A stretch of 63,601 nt of DNA, counting the filler, from Basidiobolus meristosporus CBS 931.73 (Eukaryota; Fungi; Basidiobolomycota), in NCBI GenBank assembly GCA_002104905.1. It is 4 parts of 4 records of this genome, joined end to end, with 100 filler letters (N's around TTAATTAATTAA, not from the genome) between each part and the next. Parts side by side here need not be neighbours in the genome. Positions count along the whole stretch, not along the records: positions 22,413 to 35,999 come from MCFE01001202.1; positions 36,100 to 54,549 come from MCFE01001062.1; 2 more parts are not named here. The stretch is one strand, 5' to 3'. Of the stretch, positions 29,950-42,109 are shown piece by piece. Under the pieces are notes generated by a model. The model searched no databases. It worked only from the letters and a program-made list of their open reading frames with translations, and had not been told where the DNA came from. Each line of letters begins with the position of its first letter. Positions within the stretch are counted from its first letter, which is position 1. The translations under genes and the position numbers were made by a program.

Positions 29950-32900
29950 GATGAGAAATTATTACAATGATCCCATCAAAGGCAATCACAAGTTTAAAGG
30001 CCCATGTATAGGAGGTATTAGTTCCATAAGGACACCATGCAAAGATGGTCAAAAAATAATTGCACCCCCAATTTCACAAAAAACTTGTAAATATTTTTCA
30101 TCACAACAATACATAAGTTTTTTTTGGTTCTCTGCCAGTTTCTCACTTTCTGATCCCAAACACCCTATCACCTCCTACACATGTGTGCATTGAGTGGCTA
30201 TTTCCTCTTTTGTACACTCCCAACTACTTACCCCAGCCATTTCTCTTATTTTTCTTACACACAAGTTGACTTATTTTTATTGAAACTTCAGTTGAGCCTC
30301 AATTGCCAATTGTACTGACCTTTACAAGTCCCTGTACACTACACCAACATTAAGCCTAACCCTGCACTCAACAAGTAGCTTCATTTAAATCCACCACTCA
30401 ATAAACATAACTGCTGTAATGCTCTGTTTCCATGACTTTGGCTGGAACCCTACAGCTGTATGCCACTGTTCAATCACTGGTTCCAATACATCTTGGTCTT
30501 CAGCCAGCACATCAAGGTCTATCACCTCATCTGCCAGTCCTTCCAATAAATCCTTGCAATATTCAAGTGTATTTTCTTGAGCACTGCTCTTGAAGAAATG
30601 CTGCAACCTCTAGGTGTGCTTATTAATGTTCCAAAATTCCACTAAAGGCATTATGAAAGCCTTGTGAGTTCTTGACATTGTTACTTTGTCTGTTGGTAGG
30701 ATCTCCACTCTGTCAACAATAGAGGATGTAAAGGCTGTGGTAGACAAATTACCTTTCTCCGCAAACTCATCTACCACACTGCAGTATAGCTCAACTGGCT
30801 GTGCTTCCAACTTTTGTGAAAGCAGCATATTTTTTGTTGATAATTATTCTTGGCTATGAAGGAAATCTGTCTGTTCCAGGTTTACAGCATTAATCTGCAG
30901 GAGCTGCAGCTTTTTTCTCATGCTTTCCCCTCTTGCTGGCCTGAGTAGACTTTATTCCCTTTAGCTTTTCCTTTATCACTGTCAGGTCTTTGACTGCTAC
31001 TTTGTCTGAGTGCTACATGTATCAAACTACATTTTCTCAAGAAATGCTACTTGGGTGTAAATGTCTTGGTCTCCTTACCCCATGCTGGCACTCTGAGGGC
31101 AAATAATGCTATTAGCCCACTTGTTTTGAGCTCTAAGCCCTTGATGTAACTGGCTCCAATGTAGCTGGTGGTTTTCATCACTGCCAGGTCCTTTGGTGCT
31201 CTTTTGATTGTGTGTTTCTTGAGTGGAACTATGCTTTTTCCATGATAAATGTTGTACTAATGCATCTGTGTCTGCCTGCTTGTCCCTTATTGGCACTTTT
31301 CCAGCTACCTGATTTCTACTCAACACTTGTTTGGAGCTTTCAACCCTGCTTTCAACAGGCTCTTGAGGGAGCTGGTGGTTTTTGGCCATTGCACCTGTGT
31401 TTGTCTGCCTTGGAAAGTTTTGGCTATTCTTGAGACAGTTTCTCAGCATACTAATGCCAGCCCAAAATCAATTTGCTTGTTTGAATCCAAGATAATACTC
31501 ATGGAACAAGTGAAGCACATTCTGCTTGGCCTTGAGTTCCTGATGGTCCAATGGTATGCTAGCCTCAAGGTGTTGATATGTTAGACTTTTGAAAGCCTCT
31601 TGAATAAGAGCCCACTCTTCATCATTGCACTCAATAGCTTCACAGATCTTCAATAACTTTTGATTTTTGGGCGTTGGTGTAAACATTGAGGGTTCTCCCT
31701 CCCAGGCTGCAATGGGCTTTTCTGTGAGCTTTATCTTTAGACACAGTTGTTGTACTTCAACTACTATGCAGTATTCTTCTGCTGTAACATTGGGGAAATG
31801 GCTCAATTCTTGGCTGTGACATTGAGCTTCTTGATTACCTTCTTTGCAGCTTCAACTGAATGTACTGCTTTGGCTACATACTTCTCAGTCACAGCATTAT
31901 GGTCAGTTTGTGGCTCCACAGAGACTTCAAATTGCCTACTTGACTGAGAGCCTGAGGAGTCCACATTATTACCTCCAGTGGGCACACTGTCCACATGTTC
32001 ATTTTTGGCTCTAGCCAATGACAAAGCAAGCTGTGCCCAATTGTTTTTCTGCTGCTGTCAACGGTACAGTTTGGTTGGGCACCAGACAACTTTGCTTTTT
32101 TTTTGGTGGCATATATCTAGAATTGAGTCAAATAAATGGGGAAACAAGATACATGTACATGTGTATATGGTGCACAACTTTATTTATAATGCTTACTATG
32201 GTGGGTCCACATTAAATTATATTTATTTAGGTGCAATGTCTCAAATACTAGCCTGTCTTAAATTCACCTGGGTATTGAGAAAAATGATAAAATAGCATTG
32301 AGTTGTCAAGTGTCAAACTGACCGCCTCATGGACAAGACTACTTTGATTCAACTCCATAAGAGGAGAGAAAAATGACCATGTGGCTATTGCAGCAAGCCT
32401 CTCAGCCATGAGGCACACAGACAGCATAGGAAGTACTACAAGGATTATGGCCAGTGTTTTGCCACATAGGTCATATTTGACCATTTGCCAGTCACTAATG
32501 TACCAACAATATCTTGACAGCCACTTGATACTTCTATATGCATATCTGGCTGTACTTGCCATCTTGTGCAAACTGAGTCCAGTGAGTTTAAGACACTGTT
32601 AGGCTCACCCCAGCCTTCTAAATATTGCATGCAGAGTGATAGCTTGGAAGAAGCAGGCTAACTGATGGAATGTGAGCATATCTTCCTTAACAAGAGTACT
32701 TTGCATGAGCCTAGCAAAATCCCAATATGCAATGAGACAACACTCATGAAAAAATGCCAAGGATAGTTTATGGAGTCACGTGAGCCCAGATATCCATCTA
32801 TTGGTGATGGATGTGATGTTGTGACTAGAGAAGTGGCATTTTTCTACTAATATCACTATTGCATGCTTCAAGAATTTACCACTACTTCTTGCCAAAATCA

Positions 32901-34300
32901 TCCTGGGATGCAACTTACCATGTGTCGGGTATATATGGACAATTGTCATATTGCTGGCAATATATGGCTCAGAGACCATCTTGATAGCAGCATGTGTAAA
33001 CAATTGCGTGGTGTTCATACCACAAAATTTCATCATTGCAAGGTGTCCAACATGTCAGGTATCCACTACCATTGGGGGAAAACATTGTTAATGCTCCAGA
33101 TATATTTTGGTAATACCCTGACTAAAGAAGCTCATGCAGCTCAACAAATATTGTTAAGCTATAATGTGCAGCACTTGGTATTAATCAAGCATAAACATAT
33201 CTAGTATAAATGATGGCAAACATTACAAACAGCTAAGAAGCAAGGGCTACCTTGAAGGTATGTCTGATCATGCACTTGCCTTGGTACTTGATGAGCTCTC
33301 ATTAAGCAAGTAGCCTACCAGCACATCCTGCTGTCCACTGATTCTCATCAATCTGATTTTGCCACCTATATTACAGTATCAGAGCTAAAATCTAATAGCA
33401 GATTCACTGGTTTCTGGGCCTAAATGACTGTCCAACCTGGATAGCCACTTGTATACATTGCTGGATGATTATTTTATGCTTTCCAGCCGGATTATACTAG
33501 GTGACCATCATGTCAAAGTGCATATCATTATCTGCACTGGAGATACCCCAGCCATCCGCAGGATAGCTGGCTTTTCTGGGTACAATCAATGGTATTGCTA
33601 TCAAATAAGAGAGATCCACAGGATCCACTCTGTAACTCACACAGTTTATTACTACCTAAACACCAATGCTAAGAACATCATCTTTCCACAGAGAGAATGT
33701 ACAAAAGTCAGCATGCAATTGCAGCAAAGTTGGCAAACTATAAGCCATTGGCCAGAACATGGAATTAAATGGAAACCAGAGATACTCAAGATAGAGGGTA
33801 TCTGTTAGAGCAAAAGATTTCCAGTGGGAGCAATGGATCAGCTTTGCAACAATATCCCTATACTGATGGCCAAGTTGTACATGGGGCATTTCAAGCTAAT
33901 TGATGCATTTAAGGTACCAAAGAAATTTGAAAGAATTTGCAAGATATTACAGTGTATCTACTATCCATGGTGCTTCCCACAGGCTTCAGTCATCATTCAT
34001 ATACATATGCAAAGATACAGGTATATGGACTGGATGAACTGGATATGTATTTAGTCCAGTGACACTCTAAAGCCATTTCTACCAAGAGTACATTGGAAGC
34101 ATTGGTAGTCATATATGGGCAATGTAGGGGTGTTTATCAGAAGCAAATAACCAATAACTGTTTGATGCATCTACAGCGTTTGTGCAAGGAGTTTACATCA
34201 TGATTTGAGCTGCCATATAACAAACATAACACTGAGCATGTAGATCTCTGCTGCTACTGTGTCTAATCTCTACCCCATCTTGTTTGGTGTGTTGCAAATT
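29950..34300. mobile_element. Decayed CACTA/EnSpm-like element: accessory ORF on the minus strand (about 30.4-32.1 kb), transposase on the plus strand (about 32.6-34.3 kb)
   Basis: Transposase remnants ACVNNC...C, IICTGDTPAIRRIAGFSG (GDxPA motif of CACTA-type transposases); many stops. Confidence 0.7.
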
Positions 34301-34343
34301 TTGGGTCTTACTTCACCTTTTGGGTGTTTTATATGAAGTGTAT

Positions 34344-34554
34344 AGACTTGTTCCATCATTCCAGCTGATCATAGTGCCCAATAGTGCCATAGCATGCCAG
34401 ATGGTGCCTGATCATGCCACAGCGTGCCAGATGGTGCCATACAGTGCCAATTTGGGATCAAAATTGACATGCATATGAACCTAAAATATCAAATTAGTAA
34501 CAAAATATACAGCACTCTCAGGTACTATGATCTATGGCACAATGGAACAAGTCT
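34344..34554. mobile_element. 211-bp MITE of the PHIS family
   Basis: Perfect 13-bp TIR AGACTTGTTCCAT/ATGGAACAAGTCT; TAT on both sides; internal AGTGCC motif array. Confidence 0.85.
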
Positions 34555-34949
34555 TATGTGTGGGGAGTTAGGAGGATGCTAAATATTGCGCTATTTGGTA
34601 TCATTCAGCAGGTAAAGATTTACTCAACAATTCTAGACTAGTCTTGGTCACTGTAGGATAAATTTACAGCCCTAACCTTGCCAGTTTGTTCAGATCTATG
34701 ATCCTATAATTATTCCCCTATAGTCAAGATTATAATAACACTTTTTACTAAACATTATGTACTAAACCACATACTGTTATTGAATGCTCCAGAATGTTGA
34801 AGAACCCTCCTTACCTAGTGTTACAGCTCTATTACTTCTGCAAAGGTATAAATACCAACCCTCTTTATGAATAAACAACAGTTCAACTATTGTCACTATT
34901 TCTTCATAAGCCCCTTATATTCAATTCACTTCTTAAAACCCTGGAATAT

Positions 34950-35999
34950 AGTAGCATAAGAGAAGTAGAGCTCAAATAAGCAGCAGAAGAAGTTGAGAAG
35001 TTTCAAGAGAAGGAGAGAAAGGCCAATAAGGCCATATATCAATGTGCAAGATTCCTTCATTAGACAAATTCATATTTAAGTACTGCAAAAGCAGCATGGG
35101 AATTCTTAGAGAAGATTTCTAAAGCAAAGTATGTATCAAGCCTGCTTAATTGAAATGAAAGTTCTTCAACATGAGGAAGAAGCCAGATGATGACATGCTA
35201 CAACTCATTACCAGAATGGAGACACTTGCAGAAGAGCTTTACAGTATCAATGCTGGTGTAGATGGTGAAGAAAAGATACTCTGCCTGCTTTGCAGCCTAC
35301 CAGACAAGTATGAGCCACCCATACTTTCTACTGACAGTAGAGAAGACAACTTGACTTTAGACTATATCAAAGGAAGACTTCTCCATGAAGAACCTAGCAC
35401 TTAATGATTAAGCAGGAAAAATCAAAGACAATGCTTTATTCTGCTCAGAAAGGAACACAGAAAAGAAGGGAAAGCAACATAACCAAAGAAAATCTGGTTG
35501 CTGTAACTACTGTAAGAAGTCAGGATACTGGGCAAGAGAATGCAAGGAGAAACAAGCAGACAAAAAGCAGAAAATGGAGCAGGCAAGCCATATAACCACT
35601 GATGAACAGTTATTTGCAACTATAAAAGGGAGTGTAAGTAACCAAATAATGAATGGTATATTGACTCTCAAGTATCACAGCTTATTTATGGCATAAAGAA
35701 GTGGTTCAGCAACTTAAAGTTAATTCCAGTAAGACATGCTTATCTGGGAGGCAACTCTACACTGGAAGCTACCACAAGTGGGTCTTTACAACTATATATG
35801 AGTGATATCTCAGGGGCTACAACAGCAAAGCTGACTGAGGTACTGTACATACCTGAAATAGCTAAGAATCTACTCTCAGTCAGTAAAGCAGCTGCTCAGG
35901 GACTGAAATCTGTTTTTACTCAGATGAGCTGCTCTATATAGAGTGAAAGGGGGCAAATATTTTCCTGAGGAATCAGAGATCACAATATACATAAGTTAC
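34950..35999 (+). mobile_element. Ty1/copia gag-protease relic
   Basis: LLCSLPDKYE (gag), CNYCKKSGYWAREC (zinc knuckle), WYIDS (protease); frameshifted. Confidence 0.8.
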
Positions 36000-36099
36000 N
36001 NNNNNNNNNNNNNNNNNNNNNNNNNNNNNNNNNNNNNNNNNNNTTAATTAATTAANNNNNNNNNNNNNNNNNNNNNNNNNNNNNNNNNNNNNNNNNNNN
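36000..36099. other. Artificial contig spacer
   Basis: N44-TTAATTAATTAA-N44. Confidence 0.97.
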
Positions 36100-39000
36100 A
36101 GCACAAGCAAGAGTTCTCAGACATAGTATATTGACTTTGAGTCATTTTAACACTTTACATACCAGAAGGAACTATTTACTCAATATCAAGATATTCTAAT
36201 TAAGGAGGTTTTCATGGGTAACAATAGAAAACTTGATGCAGTGGGAGAAGGAACTATTCAAGTGAGCCTTAGAAGCAGTCATGTAAGTCATACACTTACC
36301 TCCAAGTAAGTACTCTATGTACCCAAAATAGCCAAGAACTTACTATTTGTAAGTAAGGCCACTGTAGAAGAACTGAGTTTCTGCTTTGAAAATTCTGGAT
36401 GAGGATTGCAGGTCAAGAAGGTGCCAATATTACTTTGGGTATCAGAGATCAGAATCCATACCAGTTGACTTATATTCCATCATATATGGAAGCCAATATT
36501 AGTAACTTGAATGAAGAAACACCAATGCTTTGGCACAGGAGACTTGGACACATCAATTTTGATTATTTGAGCAATAAGATTAAAGATCAAATAATTTGTG
36601 GAGTAGAATTTGGTCCCCCACATAACTTGGAGCACTGTGAGGCCTACATATATGTGAAACAAGCCAGACAAGTGTTCAAGACCTCAGGGCTAATCACAAC
36701 TAAGAAAAAACTAGATATATTTCACTCAGATCTATGTAGACCTATGCAAAATCTATCCTTAGGTGGGATAGAGTATTTAATTACTTTTATTGATGATTAT
36801 ACAAGCTACATGTGGGTCTACCTTTTGGAAAGAAAGAAAAAGCTCTGCCTAAGTTCAGGGAGCTTAAAGTCATGGTGGAGAATATACCTCAAATTTCTCC
36901 ATCCACTTCTGCAAAGTTCATGGGATTAAGCAAGTGACTACTGTACAATACTCCCTGCAGCAAAATGGAGTGGCAGAACAGATAAATAGATTGATAACTG
37001 ATATGGCAAGATCTATGATCCATGATCAAAAATTATCTTATAATCCTTGGGTAAAATCAGTTGTCACAGCTGTATATCTTAGGAATAGAAGTTATAGCAG
37101 TGTACTTTGTGCTTCTACTCCATTTGAAGCATTGCATGAATACAAATCAAGTGTAGAACTTCTAACAATACTTGGATGTACGAAATATGCTAAGAAACTG
37201 CCTGAAAATCAGTTAAATACAAGCCAAAAGTTTAAAATGCATATTTTTGGGCCACTGCAATAAGATTAGAGCATACAGACTCCACAATACAAAAGCAAAG
37301 AAGCTGCTCAAGTCCAGGGATGAGTTGTTTGACGTAAGCTCAGAATTTGAACCAAAAATGCCATCTGATGATGACAAAAATCTAATCTCAAGTTCATGAA
37401 TAGTCAGGATCCAATCAGAGAAGCAGAGTGATGATTTTTCACGCCAGCAAACTCTAAAGCAATTGTGTGGCCTGAATTAGTGCCCAGCAATGTCCCAGAA
37501 GTGATCATTCTAATATCACAAACCATGAGATCCAACCAGACCAGAAATAGTCCAAATCACTATATTGAAGAGGGGTAGAACTTAGCCTATGCCTATTCAG
37601 TCCATATTAATGGGCTCCAGACTGTAAAGGAAGCCCTCAATAGCCCTCAGCTGTGTTGCAATATTCTGAGGAGTATTGGAAGTGATGTTGAGAACTAGAG
37701 GATTTACATGTTATTCACTTGTAGATTTATTGATCAAAAGTATGGTATTTATACTTTTGATAAAGTAGAGGAAACAAACGTGTAGAGTTTGTTAAGGAAG
37801 GTCCCAAGAATATGTGTGCAAAGTTTGGGGTCTTTTGGACGACTTTGAGAAAAATAATAATCTGGGTACCTGACAATTTGGTGAAAATATTCTAAGTAAA
37901 TCCCAACAAGAAATCTAGTCAGGACAGAATGCTAATCACAGAATAAGATCTATTTGACTAAGTTAGCATGAATATTTAGGTGACAATTCAATAATTACAA
38001 CACTCCCACTCAACAAAATTTTCATGAGTAATAAATACATATTGTGAGTGTGCAATCTGTAATAAGCGTATAAGACTTAACTGTTTTGCATACTGGACTA
38101 ATACATTATCCAAAGGTGTATGCATTTGTGTTCAACTTAATAGAACAAGTAACTTGGAATTCAGTATGCATATCTACTTAGTAATATGCCTAAAAATCTG
38201 AATGATCTGATCATAATACTAATCATCAACTTTGATCAGTTGTACGGGCTTGAATAATAAGCTGCGTCTAATTGACAGATTGTAATAATGGTATATAGCA
38301 TCTGGGCTATCCAATGCTTCTTATTTGAGCAAAATTGACCCACTTTTGGTCAAGTTAAGGTTTTGTCATTTACGGCAGATCTGGAGTTTCCTTATTTCCG
38401 GCCAACAGTCTAATCCATTTAGACAACTTCACTGTGTGTCCATATTAGGCTCAGGGACAGTTACTTCCATCATATAGATGCTATATGAGGTAAAAAATAG
38501 TGACCTACTTTGGGTCAAGTTAAGGTTTTGTCATTTACGCCTGATCCGGATTATCCTTGTTTCCTGGCACTGTGGCACATATAACATGGCCAAAAAAGAA
38601 GGTTTTTGCTCAACTCTGAGCTGGGATGGCCTGCTCCCACTTGAGCCACGTCTGTTTAGTGATTCAGATCCACAAATATGATCTAGAATGGTCATCTTTG
38701 TCTTCTTTAAATAGCAATAACTTTCTTTGGACTGATTACTTCATATGCGGTAGATTCAAAGTCCATTTGCTTCTTGATTTACCCAGTTTAGTATTGGACA
38801 ACACCATGGGTTGTTTGGTAGCTATTCTTAGAGTGCTTCTACTGATTTGGATTGATACAGCTGCTTTTGTCTTATCAGAATATACTTGTAGAATAGAGAT
38901 TGGCACTTTTCCAGAAGTGAGATTCTCCTTAACAAGGGCTTTGATTATCCTTATTCTCCTGATAGTTATTTTCAACCTTGAGCTCGGTTTCCAAGGCTAA

Positions 39001-41561
39001 CTGATCTTCTCAGTGTCTTCAGAATCCATAAAAACCATCTGGTTGATCCTTGCACCTTTTTCTTTCAGCTCCATAGACAGCAGACATCAAGACTTCTGCA
39101 CTAAATAATCTGTTCCAATATATACTACAATATCTAACAGATCCTGTTGAAGTTTCAAGGCTCTTCTGGGGTTTCTAGCTTGAGAACTTTGTACAAGAGG
39201 CTCCATAGAACATATCTGCATTGCCAGATAGTCCAAATATGGCCTACATAAGCTTTGGCACCATTTGGGAAGTACCCTAGTTTGCGGCAGTAGTATTTTC
39301 CATTTTTTCTTCTTTTCTTTTTCTGCTGATGACCCAGGGATAATTCCTTTTGTGGGGTGGTGCTGGACTTCCTTGCAGGTGGGACCACGGTGTTTTTGAG
39401 CACAAGAGTCTCCATGACATCATTGTTCCAGAATATCTGACTATTTGAGAGTGAAATAATCAAAATTGGCATCCACTTAGATCATTCATAACTTTTGATA
39501 GAGTTGACCAAATTTGATCAAATAAACTGCATTTGATAGCTAGCTTCATCAATACTTTGGTATCAGACTCCAATATATCAGTATTTTGAGTTGCAGAACT
39601 TGGCGGTGACTTGATCAATCAAAATTCTTCTGATCTGATCCAGAGAAGTTAAATATCACCAAGTGTTTTCTCCCACTGTAATAAGTGATATATATATAAC
39701 AAGTATAAAGTACTATGTTATCTTCTGAGTGGCTCTTAGCTGTGTACTGACCAACTGTTGCTTGGTTGTATACTCCAATCAGGCTTGCGATTATATGCTT
39801 CACTCCTTTGGCTGGCGGTAGAATCATCATGAGTTGATTTTGCTAAATTTGTATAATACTTTCTCCCACTGTTTTGAGACTTAAACAGAGTGATAGCATG
39901 TCTAGCAGCTCCATATTTAGCTCCTGGTACACTGGTTTCAGTATCAAAACACTTGATACAATTATAGCATTCTTCTAATGGATTGTGTAGTACATATCCG
40001 TACTCCAGGTGGATATATATGTATTATATATCATTGGGATCCTTACAATTTGGGAAGCTTGTTTCTGAGATCTTTTTCCATCAGTAGATAGTCCAAAATG
40101 GCGGCTAACAGCTCCAGTATTTGCATTCTCAGCTGTATTTTGAGTGGTAACAGATTTTTGGTAAAATCCTCCTCCGGCAATCATTAATAATGATCTAATT
40201 TTTTTTTTTTGCAATTCAGGATAATATCCTATCCAAGAGCTTGTCTAACAGTCAATTGGGGTCATATGAATACATAATGCAGTATATTTCATTGTAGATC
40301 TGGACCCTCAATTGCTGGAATTACACAATTTTCTTCAGTAGTGGTAGAGCACCAACATACTATATTTCTTGACACAATTACATGCCAGTTTGATTGACTC
40401 TTCTTCATAACTAACTTGGATAGTTACTGAAGGCATCTTTTGAAGGCAAGGCCTTCTTCTCCACAGCAATATCCTCATAAACATAGTCCTTTAGCAGCGG
40501 TAGTCTTCTTTAACCTTAGCAGAGCAATAGTGCGGAAAGTCTTTCTCCAGACTAGCAGAAAAGGATCCAAAGCATAGTAGACACCAAGAGGACAGCAGGC
40601 TTGGGGCTCATAACCTGTTGCAATGTTCTGAGGAGTATTGGAAGTGATGTGGAGAACTAGAGGATTTACATGTTATTCACTTGTAGATTTATTGATCAAA
40701 AGTATGGTATTTATACTTTTGATAAAGTAGAGGAAACAAACATGTAGAGTTTGTTAAGGAAGGTCCCAAGAATATGTGTGCAAAGTTTGGGGTCTTTTGG
40801 ACGACTTTGAGAAAAATAATAATCTGGGTACCTGACAATTTGGTGAAAATATTCTAAGTAAATCCCGACAAGAAATCTAGTCAGGAGAGAATGCTAATCA
40901 CAGAATAAGATCTATGTGACTAAGTTAGCATGAATATTTAGGTGACAATTCAATAATTACAACAAGATGAAGTCTTGGTTATCAGAAATGATTGAGGAGT
41001 ATCAGGTGCTGATGAATAATTAAACCTGGTGCTTGGTCAAATTACAAATCAACCAAATATCAATTGGATGCAGGTTGATCTTCAGGACAGAATACAAAGC
41101 TTATGGTACAGTTGAAAGTTACAAAGCAAGACTTGAGGCCAAAGGATACTCTGAAACAAAAGGACTTGACTATACCATTACCTTTGCACTGGTAGCCAAG
41201 TTTAATTCCATCAGATTAGCACTGGCTATTGCAGCTATATAGAGGCTTATATTTATCAAATGGATGTAAAAACTGCATTTTTGAATGGGAAACTTGATGA
41301 GGACATGTATAAGGACTAGCTTGATGGTTTTGCTGACTAATATAATCCCAATTTGGTCTGCAAGCTTAAGTAATATCTATACTGAATGAAAAAATCCCCA
41401 ATGAAAAATAATATAGTCCTGCAGGTAGATCCAATCCAGATCTTGCAGCAATTGACCCACTTCTATCACCTCAACTTTATGACTTTTTGATGTAATACTT
41501 GCAAAGTTGCCATATACCTTGTATTGCTGGTAACATATACATCTTGCAAACATATGCTTGG
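36100..41561 (+). mobile_element. Older Ty1/copia pol relic (integrase-RT), interrupted at 37654-40964
   Basis: LWHRRLGHIN, HSDLC, TFIDDYT, QQNGVAE; the RT motif QTVKEALNSPQ continues on the far side of the insertion (SIGCR, YKARL.AKGYS). Confidence 0.85.
37654..40964 (-). mobile_element. Nested non-autonomous Ty1/copia element with two 349-bp LTRs
   Basis: LTRs 37654-38002 and 40616-40964 (TGTTG...CAACA, 6 mismatches by eye); TSD AGCTG/AGATG; PBS GGTTATGAGCCCC at 40603-40615; PPT TTGAGTGGGAG at 38003-38013; degenerate zinc knuckle near 39270; no intact pol. Confidence 0.88.
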
Positions 41562-42109
41562 TGTTATGAATAGACGCAAGGCAGGAGGAAAAGCTAGGCA
41601 CGGCAGGAAAGGACTTAGGTGTGGACCATCAAGGCAAGGCAGGATTCAAGGCAAGGCTGTTTATTCAAGACCTGTGTTTATCAGACTGAGGAATACTTAA
41701 GGGGGGATAGGACTATATATACTTTTTGGCTATACTGATGCCAAGAGATATTAGCTAATACTAATGGGGTTGTGGGGTGAGGCACAGCAATGGTGCTGGG
41801 GATAATGACATAGATGACACGGCACTGAGACAGGATGGGGAAATGGATTGGGTCACCTGATCATATGACTAAGTCATGTGACCTGGTATTTCCATATATG
41901 GTACTGGACTATGAAAAATACAATGGGAAGCTTCCATGGAATGTTCCATTGTGTAACAATGGTTTGGAATGGTCAGGAACTTTCTGGAAGGTGGTAGAAG
42001 GTTCCAGAAGGAATCTCTTAGAAATTGAGCTAGGGAGCTGAAACTTGGCATGGGTGTTCATGGTTGTCATGTGATCATGGCACTATTCTCCTCTTCAAGG
42101 CAAAGCTCT

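Noticed and set aside
34370-34450. AGTGCC/GGCACT motif arrays as a CRISPR-like array
   Set aside because: Units are short and irregular with no constant repeat-spacer pattern, and always lie inside transposon ends
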